A stretch of 63,389 bases of DNA, the filler included, from Octopus bimaculoides (Eukaryota): assembly GCF_001194135.2 (NCBI RefSeq). It is 5 parts of 5 records of this genome, joined end to end, with 100 filler letters (N's around TTAATTAATTAA, not from the genome) between each part and the next. Parts side by side here need not be neighbours in the genome. Positions count along the whole stretch, not along the records: positions 1 to 10,265 come from NC_068993.1; positions 10,366 to 17,945 come from NC_068990.1; 3 more parts are not named here. The stretch is one strand, 5' to 3'. The notes under the pieces are model-generated. The model searched no databases, was not told the DNA's origin, and saw nothing but the letters and a program-made list of their open reading frames with translations. This document shows positions 1 through 12,500 of the stretch, piece after piece (position 1 is the first letter of the stretch; each line of letters starts with the position of its first letter). The position numbers were made by a program, and so were the translations under genes.

Positions 1-352
1 GTTCAGTCTCACAGCGTGGCAACTTGGGCAAGTGTCTTCTACTATAGCCCCGGCTCGACCAAAGCCTTGTGAGTGGATTTGGTAGACAGAAACTGGAAGA
101 AGCCCGTCGTATATGTATATACATGTATATGTATATGTGTGCATATATTTGTGTGTCTGTGTCTCTCCCACCAACATTGCTTGACAACCGATGCTGGTGT
201 GTTTAAGTCCCCGTAACTTAGTGATTCGGCAAAAGGAACCGGTAGAATAAGTACTAGGCTTATAAAGAATACGCTCTGAGGTCAATTCTCTCGACCAAAG
301 GCGGTACTCCAGCATGGCCGCAGTCAAATGACTGAAACATGTAAAAGATTAA
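1..352 (+). mobile_element. tRNA-derived CORE-type SINE (octopus OR2-like), head cut by window edge, internal (TA)n/(TG)n tract
   Basis: CORE-like CTTGGGCAAGTGTCTTCTACTATAGCC, then microsatellite, then 3' block ...CAGCATGGCCGCAGTCAAATGACTGAAAC shared with copies at 28893, 35393, 44720 and 56115. Family name is from recall. Confidence 0.85.
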
Positions 353-853
353 ACAGTGCTCAGCTAGAATGGTGTTATCGTTCAGCTCCCTAACCTCAAA
401 ATTCTGGGCCTGAAGTAGAAAGTATTCCTTAAGAATCTGTATGTGAATAAAACACGAAGACACGTGATGATTTGGAAAAGAAGGATTAAGGTGAAGAAAA
501 AGAAAGAAAAGAAGATAGGAAGGAATAAAAAAAAACAGAGGAAGGGAGACACTCTCATTTCATCCTTTCCTCTTTTCTTCGTCCCCATGTAGTTACCATT
601 CCTCCAGAATTCTGCTTTGTTATAACCAGAAATGGATCTGACGAAAGTAGCATTAATTCTTTAGGCCGTTTAACTTTTTGCAACTGATCAACAGACCAAT
701 TAAGAAATCTATCAATAATGAACCTATAATGATTACCGGAAACAGCTGTAAGCCAAATTTATTCTGATAAAGGGAAAATGTGTAATGACGATTATTTATA
801 CCTTATCTTATATATATATATATATTGCAATTCTCATTATTATTTCTAATCTT

Positions 854-1040
854 AAGGCGGCGAGCTGGCAGAATCATTAGCAGACCGGACAAAATGCTAA
901 GCAGTATTTCGTCAGATCAATTCCACCGAGGTTGATTTTGCCGTTCATCCTTTCGGGGTCGATAAATCAAGTAGCAGTGAAACACTGGGGGTCGATGTAA
1001 TCGACTACTCCTTTGTGCCTATAATAGAAAGAATTATTAT
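854..1040 (+). mobile_element. SINE family 2 (GGCGGCGAGCTGGCAGAATC head; central TTCATCCTTTCGGGGTCGATAAA block)
   Basis: Homologous to copies at 9171, 9322, 42070 and 54770. The central block resembles the Nin/Inv conserved SINE domain (recall, unverified). Confidence 0.8.
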
Positions 1041-1051
1041 TTCTAATTTAC

Positions 1052-1265
1052 TAAACGGCTAACTGGCTGAATCATTACTGCGCCTGAAAAATGCTTAGCG
1101 TGATTTCCCGACTTTTACGTTCTGAGTTCGAATGCCACCGGATCAACTTTTGCATTTCCAACTTTCGGAGTTGATATAAATAAGCAACAGTTGAACACAT
1201 GGGGTCGATGTAATCAACTACCTCCTTGCCCTGACCTTGTGCCAAAATTTTAAACCAATGTTATT
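1052..1265 (+). mobile_element. SINE family 2, older degenerate copy in tandem with the previous one
   Basis: CTGGCTGAATCATTA...GAGTTCGAAT...GGGGTCGATGTAATCAACTAC parallels 854-1040. Confidence 0.7.
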
Positions 1266-2018
1266 ATATTTTGCGTTTAACAGCATACTTCATTACTACA
1301 TACTCAGTTGTATTATACACAAAACTATTGAAGACGCAATGTTACTGAACATCGACTAAACCGTCTAACGCGCAACACAGCGGAAGACTTCGACAGAGTG
1401 AAATATATAAATATATAGATATATATTAACACTTCACAATCACAAAACTATCAATATTTTCATCTCTAGCCCTTCCATAAAATTCTTTACAACAACATCA
1501 ACAGCTAAATCGTTGTGAATTATTGGAATATTGAAAAAATAAATAAATGAAAGCTCTAAACTTCATCAACACAAAGCAGAAAATATTGGGAACTTAAAAG
1601 TGAACAGCGGCCCTACACATTTACGCTATTCCATCGCCGGTCGAATGTGCTGCACTAAATGATCACACAATGCTGTGATAGATATTTAACTCAGTCTTTC
1701 CCTACCCTAACAATTTGTAAGTTTCCAGGAATGGAGACTTGGAGTGTAAATATTAATAATAATTTCAGTTTACAAAGAGAAATAAATGAATAAAGTGTAT
1801 ACAATGAGAAGTGTTTGATTTAACAAAAGAATGGGATTGGCAGTTGGAATAGTTATCAATTATTTCTTGTTTGTATGTCTAAGCTACAGGAACAGAGAGA
1901 AAACACAGGGACACGTGATTCGAAATCGTGTGTGGGTTAGAAATAACGGTTTTTTCCCTTACTCCACACCACCGAATAAAAAGATAAGGCTTACACACAC
2001 ACACACACACATATATAT

Positions 2019-2050
2019 ATAGGGTGACCTAAAAGTAGGTTTACAGTTAT
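2019..2050. mobile_element. isolated Tc1/mariner-like terminal repeat
   Basis: TATAGGGTGACCTAAAAGTAGGTTTACAGTT after a TA run. No partner TIR found. Confidence 0.3.
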
Positions 2051-2227
2051 TCAACTATCTCCTTTGCATTCCTATATTAACAGTTTAGATCTTAGTTATA
2101 CAAAAAATATGTAACCATTATTCTTTTCTAATTTAGTTAATTTTGTCAAGCATATTTTTCAATTTGTAAGATAGAAGTTTAAATGTAATAATATGTTTTA
2201 AAAGAAATTTAAAGTGCCATACATATA

Positions 2228-2275
<48 letters not shown>

Positions 2276-2579
2276 GATGGATAGATAGATATATATGGAT
2301 CAAAGCTGCTTGAGTAAAAATTCTTGGTACTTAGAGTTTCAAAGCCNNNNNNNNNNNNNNNNNNNNNNNNNNNNNNNNNNNNNNNNNNNNNNNNNNNNNN
2401 NNNNNNNNNNNNNNNNNNNNNNNNNNNNNNNNNNNNNNNNNNNNNNNNNNNNNNNNNNNNNNNNNNNNNNNNNNNNNNNNNNNNNNNNNNNNNNNNNNNN
2501 NNNNNNNNNNNNNNNNNNNNNNNNNNNNNNNNNNNNNNNNNNNNNNNNNNNNNNNNNNNNNNNNNNNNNNNNNNNNNNN

Positions 2580-2651
<72 letters not shown>

Positions 2652-2652
2652 C
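2580..2652. repeat. (TAT)n microsatellite abutting a gap
   Basis: Directly visible. Confidence 0.95.
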
Positions 2653-4125
2653 ATTAAACATACACAGGGGCTAAATGTGAGCTACTATAACTTCCATGCT
2701 TTTGGTAGCACAGTTGTTGGACACGCTTGTGTAGCGTGCCGTGTATTATTGGGCAACCATTCAGGCTCGAAATGCCCGATAGTAAGCTTTTCGTTATACA
2801 AGCTCGTCCGACAATGCTACTATCGGAAACATGAAACTTGTAATAGCTAGCATTTCAATCCTGTGTATATTAAATGATATTTGTCTCTCGCAAGATAGAA
2901 TACTTTTTTCCTTTCTGCTGATCCCATCAATATGTAAAGGGCTTCGATTATATATATACATAGCGGGTAGGATGCTCATGTTGTGAAGCTCGAACGTTTT
3001 TTTTTCNNNNNNNNNNTTTTTTTTTCGTCGGAAAAAGTTTGGAGCTGGCAACTTCGAAAGCTAAATAATATTAGTTTGTATGGAAATGACAAATACACAT
3101 AGAAAATGCAATCTTATCAACTCTTAATAATGACGTTAGCGTTGATATTTCTTTACAGTTCAAATATTGTTCTCTAGAAAATGTCGAATCGCTTTAGATG
3201 AAAAACGAGAGAAAACGAAAACAAAGGAAGATTTCAACACTCGGCTTTCGACTTATTGCCTTCTTCTACTTTAGAATATTCTAAATGTAGATTGAATTGA
3301 TATTTCCATTTCCTTGGACTTATGCAAATATGAGCGTAAACGTTTATTATCACTTTCTCCCTTGTCTTTTTCCCTTTCTGTTCTCCTCTCCCCTTCTATC
3401 TGTCTCTTTCTCTCTCTCTTTCTTGCTCTCTGTGTGTGTCTCTCTCCCCTTCCTCCCAATCGTTTCCACTACAAAAGCTCTGGCGATAACAATAATCTTT
3501 ATTCTCTCCTGAAGCAAGCTGGACACGACATAGTGAAATATCTGCTGGACAATGTTTCATTTTATACAATATTCTGCACGCAACGGCAGACATATTGGGT
3601 ATTATTTATTGAGATGTAGAAGAAGTAGAAGTAGAAGAAGAAGAAGAAGAAAGAAAAAAGAAACAGAAAGTGAAAAGACAAAAAGAAATAAATAAAAGAA
3701 AATTAAAAGAAAACAAAGAAGAAGAAATAAAGGAAAAGTAAGCGAAGAGAAAAAGAAAAAAGAGGGGAAAAAGAAGAGAAGTGGGAGGTGGAGGAGTAAA
3801 TAGTAATGTAAATGTGACAGAGGGAAAGAAATGAAGAAAGAAAACATGGAAGGAAAAGCGAAAAGAAATCAGTGATACAAGCCCAGTAATTTTATTGGAA
3901 GACTGTCTAATCATAGCAACTTTTTAATGAAATCCTCTTTCATATTGTCATACATTATTACACTGTTACATGTTTTGGTCATTTTCGCCAACTACAATAT
4001 GGCTCATACTTCAAGTACTTATTTCTGATTGTTTCTTAGTATTATATATATATATATATATACTGTTATTTTCCTTTCTTTTGGGTTTCCACGTAGCATT
4101 ATCATCGTCATCATCGCCAACGTCG

Positions 4126-4127
<2 letters not shown>

Positions 4128-4192
<65 letters not shown>

Positions 4193-4203
4193 CATTATTA
4201 TTA
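4128..4203. repeat. (ATT)n microsatellite
   Basis: Directly visible. Confidence 0.95.
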
Positions 4204-5204
4204 CATTCCTACCCCTTATCTACTACTCATCAAGTGAATGGATTTCGTGATCATAGCGGTCAGAATATAGATAAAAGACAGAACTGAATTCCTTCATCCC
4301 CCGACCTGCACTCAGGAAGAGGGGAAAAAGAGGGAAAGAAAAAGAAAAAGAAATGAGCCAAAAAAAAAATATATATATATATACATAAAAAAAAACGATT
4401 GCCGATTGGAGAATAACGCATTCAAAGTATTGTAGTAAATAAAATATACATCTATCGCCTGGTCATCACCGATTTCTTTATTTAAAAGGTTTTCTTACAC
4501 ACGCATACAGACCAATAATGTTAAGAAGAAAGAAAAGAAATAGATAGTTGTATTGTTCATACGGTTTCATGGAATAATGGCGATGGTGGAAAAGTGGAAC
4601 GGTTTAATACATGAAATGAATGCAAATCTACGGACACAGCCAAAGAATTTTCGCCATGATTAAACGTTTAGGCCGCCTTATTTCTAATATACACTCTCGT
4701 TTATTTTCACCGTTACTATAACTTCCTCTACTCCTCTGAACTCCTCATTGGTACACCACCTCCAATTATCCACCGCCACACGCGCCATATTTCTTTCTAA
4801 TGTACACTCTATGTTATTACCACCGCTACATCTACAATTATTTCTTCTTCTCTACTGAGCTACGTAACGGCATAACCACTTCCACTTATGCACACAGCCT
4901 TACTTTATCTAATATATATTACGTTCTAATTCGACCGCCACCAGTAGCTTCTACTCTGAACTACAAAGCGACATGCCACATCCGGGTATACCCACGTAAA
5001 TCAGTCTGTTTCCAGGTTTGTTTTCTTTTTACATCATACACATGATATCTCACCCCTCAGCACAAACACCCACTCCATATGATTCAAATTTCTTAAATCA
5101 CATCCTCTAATAACCCATTTCCCTAAATCAGCTCACTGCTAATTTGTACTTTCACCGGATAATTTACGGCGATCGATGTGAATATGAACTACAGTATATT
5201 CCGG

Positions 5205-5268
5205 CATACAAGTCATAACGTCACGATCGTAAGCTCGACGGTCTAACCACCGAGCCCTGCGTCTTCAC
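5205..5268 (-). mobile_element. tRNA-derived SINE head remnant (family 3)
   Basis: Reverse complement GTGAAGACGCAGGGCTCGGTGGTTAGACCGTCGAGCTTACGATCGTGA resembles the head at 13142. Confidence 0.5.
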
Positions 5269-6335
5269 ATGCATATATATATATATATATATATATAAAC
5301 AAATAGTAAATGAGTATATGCATATATACGTACAGGTATGTGCATACCGACATCCACCTGTATGTATAGGTGCATATCTGGGTACAGGACATTGCAAACA
5401 AAACGTAGACGAGAAAACACACAAGCCACATAGAGAACATTCTACTTCATCAGCTACCCACGTTTTAACACCGGCATCAACACGTGTACATATATGTATG
5501 TATGGTTGTATGTATGTATATATGTATGTATGTCATTATTCAGTTTATTTCAAGATTTCTTGGCGATAGAGAACAAACTAGTTTCTAACGAAGTCTCCTT
5601 CATTACAATTTTAACATCAACAACAGGGTATTTTTCTACGTACGTATGCATGTATGTATATATGTATGTATGTATGTGGGACGATTCTTGCGAATATGTC
5701 ATTTTCTAATGTTTAAATGGAGATAGAAATTCTTAGGAAATTAAGCAACATATGGAATAGAAAGGAAAAAATATATTGTGAACTCTTTATGGCTGAAACA
5801 TCTTTGATAACATATCTGGTCGACCAGGAATGAACTGGAAGCAGCCAATAATAATTATATCCGCATCGAAAGCGGAACCACGCTGGGAATGACAATAACA
5901 ACAAACGTAACAAAAGCAACAATAACTACAACAACACTGGGCAAGGAAAACAATAGTAACAGCAGCAGCAGCAACAGTAGCAGCGGCGACACCGACAGCA
6001 ACAACGGTGACGGGTGATGAAAGGAAATATGGCAGCGACGAGAGCAACAAGAAGGAAGACGACGGACGATGTCGGGAATAAAATCTTGAACGACAACAAT
6101 GAACGCGAGGTCAACGACATCACCGACAACAATAGCAATAAATAACCTGAGCTTTTGTTGATTATCCAAATGGTCCGATACACCCCTGTTTCTCCCTTTA
6201 TAAAGAAGGTGTGATTTGAGGACGATTTGGCTATTATGTTTTAGGAACTGGAATTTTATAAGTACCTACTTACCTACATATCTATAAACAGTGATCTCTC
6301 TCTGCTTCACTCTCGATCAATCGATCGCTCTCTTG

Positions 6336-6382
<47 letters not shown>

Positions 6383-6575
6383 AATCTATATCTATCTATC
6401 TATCTATCTATCTATCTAGATAGATAGCTAGATAGATAGATAGATAGCCTTTAACAGAGAAAAGGGTTCTGCTTAGGAACACGGGACCCAATTGAAATTA
6501 CAGTTCGATTATATATGAACTCATCGACCATGAGTTTATCCAATCGCCGTTAGAACAATAAAAGAATAATTTTTA

Positions 6576-6674
<99 letters not shown>

Positions 6675-6680
6675 GTAATA
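6336..6680. repeat. compound microsatellites (ATCT)n/(AGAT)n, (TA)n, (TAA)n
   Basis: Directly visible at 6336-6447 and 6580-6680. Confidence 0.9.
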
Positions 6681-6738
6681 ATACATATAAATACATATAA
6701 ATATAATTATAAAATATATCAAAATATCAACCGTAGTC

Positions 6739-6868
6739 TCTGCAGCAGCAGGAGCAGCAACTTGTACAGCAACAACAACATCTGCAGCAGCAGGAGCAGC
6801 AACTTGTGCAGCAACAACAACATCTGCAGCAGAAGCAATTTCTGCTGCAGGAGTAGCAGCAGTAGCAT
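6739..6868. repeat. 42-bp minisatellite built from CAG/CAA triplets
   Basis: CTGCAGCAGCAGGAGCAGCAACTTGT(A/G)CAGCAACAACAACAT twice plus a partial third unit. Confidence 0.85.
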
Positions 6869-7019
6869 ATTAAACGAAATGTTTAACCGACGAAAAGTAT
6901 GTTGTTTTTCCTTGTTTGTTCTTTGTTGGGTTTTTTTTCCCCTTTCTTTTGATGTTGTTTTCAGGGTGGGGATTATGTGAATGCGGGTGAGTTCGGGTAT
7001 GCGTGTTGAAGTTTGATGT

Positions 7020-7483
7020 TTGATGTTATTCTTGTTGTTGTTGTCGTTGTTTTTATTTATGTATTATATTTTGTTTTTGATTTTGAGTTGTTTTATTTAT
7101 ATTTTATTATTTATGATTTATTCTTTTTTATATTTTAGATTTTTTTATTTTAATTTTTTTATTAATATTTTATGTTTGCTTTTTACTATTTATATTTCCT
7201 TTATTATTTTATTATTATTATTTTTTTTATTCCAGTACGTTTTCATTATGCGCCGCTTTTATCATATTCCGAAATCTTGACTGTTGAATTATTTTCCAAT
7301 CAATGAAAGATTTATTGTTTTTATTACGATACTATATAAGTTACTCCTTTCCCTTTCCGGCCACCACCATCGACAACAACAATATCAACAACTGCACTAC
7401 AACTACCAACATATTCAACACCGCTTCCATCACCATCTCCACTACATCCACCACCACCTCCACCACCACTAATACTACTGCTG

Positions 7484-7534
<51 letters not shown>

Positions 7535-8220
7535 TTAGCACTATTACCACCACTATTATTACCGCCTCCACTACTACCACCAACACACCACCATATTCAC
7601 TATTACTACATCTGCAACAACAATAATAGGAACATCACATACAACAACAATTTCACCACCGCCTTTGCCACCACCATCACATCACAATCATTATCTCTCC
7701 CATGATCGTCACCACCCCTCTACGAGAATGCCACTCATCATTCTTACTGTTACTATGTCAGCAGCAACAACCATAAAAATAACACCATTACAACCACCAG
7801 TACTAACTTCACCATCATCTCGACCAGCATGGTTATAACTCACACGATCAGGACGTAGCCATGTGTTGCAACAACAAAAACATGTGTAGCAACAACAACA
7901 CTCTGCTTTTCAACAACAACACTCTTCACCGCCACCGACTTTACTCTCACATTTCACTACTTTCAGCACTGACACTACATTCTCATCAACACCGACTACG
8001 CTACAGCCACATCACCAATATAACCCCCACTACTACCCTCATTACTACGACCACACATATTACATCGTCACTAATATCACAATAGGACTACAATTTCAAT
8101 TAATAGCGCCACCAACATCATTATCATCACCACTACACAGCAAAACTTACCATCACCAATACGACTCTCACCAACAACCCCACTAAGTACAGTCACACAC
8201 CAATATCACCACCTGTTAGA
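7020..8220. repeat. low-complexity block: T-rich tract then degenerate CAC/CAA/(ACT)n triplet array
   Basis: Perfect (ACT)n at ~7478-7535 embedded in decayed triplet repeats. Confidence 0.8.
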
Positions 8221-8501
8221 TATAATAACGGTATTCTTAGAACAACGATGTAGTTCAAGATGGTCACGCCGTAAAACACTAGACGGATTCTCAAGGCTTA
8301 AATGCTTTTGATTACAAGTCTGTCTATATCAGCGATGACCATGGGCTAAACATTAACAACAACAATATCAACAACATTTCAATTACTACTCCTCCACTAT
8401 AAACCACACACACAATGTCAATTGTCATGCACTAAAATCACCATTAACACACCAATGTGTGTGTGCATACGTATACACATACACTCACACACACACGCTC
8501 G

Positions 8502-8560
<59 letters not shown>

Positions 8561-8814
8561 AAATATATATATATGTATATACATATAAATATATGNNNNN
8601 NNNNNNNNNNNNNNNNNNNNNNNNNNNNNNNNNNNNNNNNNNNNNNNNNNNNNNNNNNNNNNNNNNNNNNNNNNNNNNNNNNNNNNNNNNNNNNNNNNNN
8701 NNNNNNNNNNNNNNNNNNNNNNNNNNNNNNNNNNNNNNNNNNNNNNNNNNNNNNNNNNNNNNNNNNNNNNNNNNNNNNNNNNNNNNNNNNNNNNNNNNNN
8801 NNNNNNNNNNNNNN

Positions 8815-8853
<39 letters not shown>

Positions 8854-9170
8854 GTTTACAAATAACACAGAAAAAATAAATATTTACCAGGGCAGCAAAG
8901 ACTTCAAATAAGTACCAAAGATGTTAGAGCCTACTTATAAAGGTAGAAATTCCAGAGTTTAGTGAAATGCTTTGGCATAACAGCTAAATAAAGCAACGGA
9001 GTTAAACGCAGGAGAAATTCAAATCTTTATACTTCCGACATATGTTTTGAAGAAAACATTCCAGAGGGAATAAAATGCTGTAAAACAATGCAATATTCTC
9101 AAAAGGGAACAAAAATCTTTCAAGGTAATTTTTAAAAAAATAACTTGCGTAATATTTAGGACACCCATCT

Positions 9171-9312
9171 AAGATGGCGAGATGGCAAGATCGTATACAC
9201 GACGGGCAAAATGATAAGCGGCGTTTCGTCTTTCTTTATGTACTGAGTTCAAATTGCGCCAAGGTTGGCTTGCATTGCAGCCATTTTCGGGTCGATAAGA
9301 TAAATGCCAGCT
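9171..9312 (+). mobile_element. SINE family 2, 3'-truncated
   Basis: GATGGCGAGATGGCAAGATCGT...GAGTTCAAATT...GGGTCGATAAGATAAATGCCAG. Confidence 0.7.
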
Positions 9313-9321
9313 AGACATATT

Positions 9322-9523
9322 TTTTCTACACTAGGCACAAGGTCCGAAATTTTGGGGGAGGGTGCCAGTCGATCAGATCGACCTCAGTACGCAACTGGTA
9401 CTTGATTTATCGACCCCGAAATGATAAAAGGCAAAGTCGATCTCGGCGAAATTTGAACACCGAACGTAAAAACGGACGAAATAACGCTAAGCGTGCTAAC
9501 GATTCTGCCAACTCGCCGTCTTA
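9322..9523 (-). mobile_element. SINE family 2, near full length, convergent with the 9171 copy
   Basis: Reverse complement starts TAAGACGGCGAGTTGGCAGAATCGTTAGCAC and contains the GGGGTCGATAAATCAAGTACCAG block. Confidence 0.8.
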
Positions 9524-9610
9524 TATATGTATACATATTGAAAGAAGCCCATCGTGTATATATATGTTCGTGTGTGTGTATTTGTGCGTCTGTGTTTATC
9601 CCCCCACCAT

Positions 9611-9655
<45 letters not shown>

Positions 9656-9684
9656 GTGTGTATATGTATATGCCACATATTCCA

Positions 9685-9808
9685 AGATCGACTTTCGTCC
9701 CTCCGGGTCAATAAAGCAAGTACGAAGCTTAGCAATGGGATCGATGTAATCGACTTAGTTCCTTCCTTGAAATTGCTGGCATTGTTCCAAATTTCGAAGC
9801 CCAAATGT
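9685..9808 (+). mobile_element. SINE family 2, 3' half
   Basis: GACTTTCGTCCCTCCGGGTCAATAAAGCAAGTAC...GATCGATGTAATCGAC. Confidence 0.6.
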
Positions 9809-10309
9809 AGACCATATTTACAAGGACAACCATCTATTGTATCCCCGCACACATAATCACTCACAAATGCATACAAAGAACAGAAACCAGTCGCCATATG
9901 TTCGCAAACTTATCGTCATAGATAGAAGCGTCCATTGTATACACACATATAGATATGCATATACGTATATGGATATAAGCAATACGAAGTATATAGAAAA
10001 ACGCATGCGTAAGTACATATCGAATACACAATTACGAGTACATACACGTACACACATAAAGTTACATGTGCGTATAGATGCAATAACAGGCACGAACGTG
10101 CACGAAGAGGTACATGCAGGCATGCACATAGACAGATGCAGATGTATATACATACAGATGGACGAACACAGGCATATAGAAGCGCTAATAGACAGACAAA
10201 CAAATATAGATACATACGTAAAATGCACATATACAAACACAGAAAGTGAAGGTAATATTCTGTTANNNNNNNNNNNNNNNNNNNNNNNNNNNNNNNNNNN
10301 NNNNNNNNN

Positions 10310-10321
10310 TTAATTAATTAA
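10310..10321. other. artificial six-frame-stop spacer TTAATTAATTAA inside a 100-bp scaffold join
   Basis: 44 N + 12 bp + 44 N. Identical constructs at 17990-18001, 25705-25716 and 34722-34733. Confidence 0.95.
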
Positions 10322-10434
10322 NNNNNNNNNNNNNNNNNNNNNNNNNNNNNNNNNNNNNNNNNNNNTATCGTCGTCGTCGCCACGGACATCATCACCCCCC
10401 CACCCAGCACCACCACCACCACCACCACGATCAT

Positions 10435-10435
10435 T

Positions 10436-10469
<34 letters not shown>

Positions 10470-10520
10470 CCATCATCATCATCGTCATCGTCATCATCAT
10501 CGTCATCGTCATCATTGTCA
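10435..10520. repeat. (CAT)n/(CGT)n microsatellite
   Basis: Directly visible. Confidence 0.9.
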
Positions 10521-10965
10521 TCCTATTAATGATGAAGAGGACACTTGCAACGATGGTACTTAGTGAGAATACAACAGCAACAACGACAACAACCACATCA
10601 ACAACAACTGAGAGAGTCAGGAAATAGAAGAGAAACAGAAGACCGGCGACGACTCACAGAAGGAGAAGCACCACACGTCCAGGCTGACGCATTCACGAAT
10701 TGCATCACCTACACACACACATACATACACATACATACATACACACATACATACATACACACACACACATACATACATACATATGTACGTACATGCATGC
10801 ATGTGTGTGTGTGTGTGTGTATGTATATGTATGGTGCACCACACATATATGTGCATGAATAGACATTTGAAAATGAGATAAATTCATAACTACCTTCCTA
10901 TCTTTCTATCTCTCTCTTTCTCTCCCATATAATCTCCCTCTACACACATAAACTCGTACACACGT

Positions 10966-10998
<33 letters not shown>

Positions 10999-11636
10999 NN
11001 NNNNNNNNNNNNNNNNNNNNNNNNNNNNNNNNNNNNNNNNNNNNNNNNNNNNNNNNNNNNNNNNNNNNNNNNNNNNNNNNNNNNNNNNNNNNNNNNNNNN
11101 NNNNNNNNNNNNNNNNNNNNNNNNNNNNNNNNNNNNNNNNNNNNNNNNNNNNNNNNNNNNNNNNNNNNNNNNNNNNNNNNNNNNNNNNNNNNNNNNNNNN
11201 NNNNNNNNNNNNNNNNNNNNNNNNNNNNNNNNNNNNNNNNNNNNNNNNNNNNNNNNNNNNNNNNNNNNNNNNNNNNNNNNNNNNNNNNNNNNNNNNNNNN
11301 NNNNNNNNNNNNNNNNNNNNNNNNNNNNNNNNNNNNNNNNNNNNNNNNNNNNNNNNNNNNNNNNNNNNNNNNNNNNNNNNNNNNNNNNNNNNNNNNNNNN
11401 NNNNNNNNNNNNNNNNNNNNNNNNNNNNNNNNNNNNNNNNNNNNNNNNNNNNNNNNNNNNNNNNNNNNNNNNNNNNNNNNNNNNNNNNNNNNNNNNNNNN
11501 NNNNNNNNNNNNNNNNNNNNNNNNNNNNNNNNNNNNNNNNNNNNNNNNNNNNNNNNNNNNNNNNNNNNNNNNNNNNNNNNNNNNNNNNNNNNNNNNNNNN
11601 NNNNNNNNNNNNNNNNNNNNNNNNNNNNNNNNNNNN

Positions 11637-11705
<69 letters not shown>

Positions 11706-12188
11706 CGGATTTTCGTTCAAACATATATTGAAGACTCAACTCTGATCGAATTTTTATTGATTATATCATGATCTTCAGTTTTTTTTAGTTTTTTTTTTTC
11801 CGTTAAGGATTTTTCATATTTCCTTATTAATCCTTTGTGTTTTATCTGGAACAATAGCATATCTAAATACATCCCTCTATCAACTTTTCCTGCCCTCCTC
11901 GATGCCGTCATTAAAATTATAATCTGCTCATTACTATAGTTAATTATATATCATACAAATAAACACGTCACTGCAACACGTCACAATAAATTCAACATTA
12001 GAATTAAGGTTCTCAGCCAGAAATTAAACTAAACAAGAGCACTCAGAGAGCACAAACCTTCGCCATGGCAACACCAACGTCCTCGCAACGATTAGCCAGA
12101 GATGATTTTTAAAATGAGAACATCTGAAATAAACATTATTTACATTATCTACATTTGACGGATATTCGTCCTCATCTTGTTTGTTGTT

Positions 12189-12234
12189 AACACAATGTTT
12201 CGGCTGATATACCCTCCAGCCTTCGTCAGGTGTC
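12189..12234 (-). ncRNA. second HHR copy in the inverted arm, stem III mutated
   Basis: Same motif but GAAACATT instead of GAAACGTT. Confidence 0.55.
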
Positions 12235-12454
12235 TTGGGGAAATTTCGAACCTGGGTTCTCATTCCTATCGATGTTACTATTATTATTATGCCCATGGGC
12301 ATATGGCGTAGTGGTTAAGAGCGCGGGCTACTAACCCCAAGGTTTCGAGTTCGATTCACGGCAGCGACCTGATTAATAATAATAGTAATAATATAATAAT
12401 AATAATAATAGTAACATCGATAGGAATGAGAACCCAGGTTCGAAATTTCCCCAA

Positions 12455-12500
12455 GACACCTGACGAAGGCTGGAGGGTATATCAGCCGAAACGTTGTGTT
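12455..12500 (+). ncRNA. minimal type-I hammerhead ribozyme motif
   Basis: Stem I GACAC/GTGTT; core CTGACGA; extra A; stem II GGCTG/CAGCC; GAAAC-GTT with palindromic AACGTT as stem III. Confidence 0.7.

Noticed and set aside
2776-2826. 11-bp inverted repeat CCGATAGTA(A)GC / GCTACTATCGG
   Set aside because: Short, isolated and without supporting context; compatible with chance or an old MITE remnant.
10310-10321. TTAATTAATTAA islands in N runs (also 17990, 25705, 34722) as a biological motif
   Set aside because: Identical 44N+12+44N constructs with stops in all six frames are a scaffolding spacer. Order and orientation across these joins is therefore inferred, not sequenced.
12293-12372. Functional tRNA-Ser(ACT) gene
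   Set aside because: There is no acceptor stem pairing or full cloverleaf, and it runs directly into a repeat tail inside a TSD-bounded insertion. It is a SINE head.
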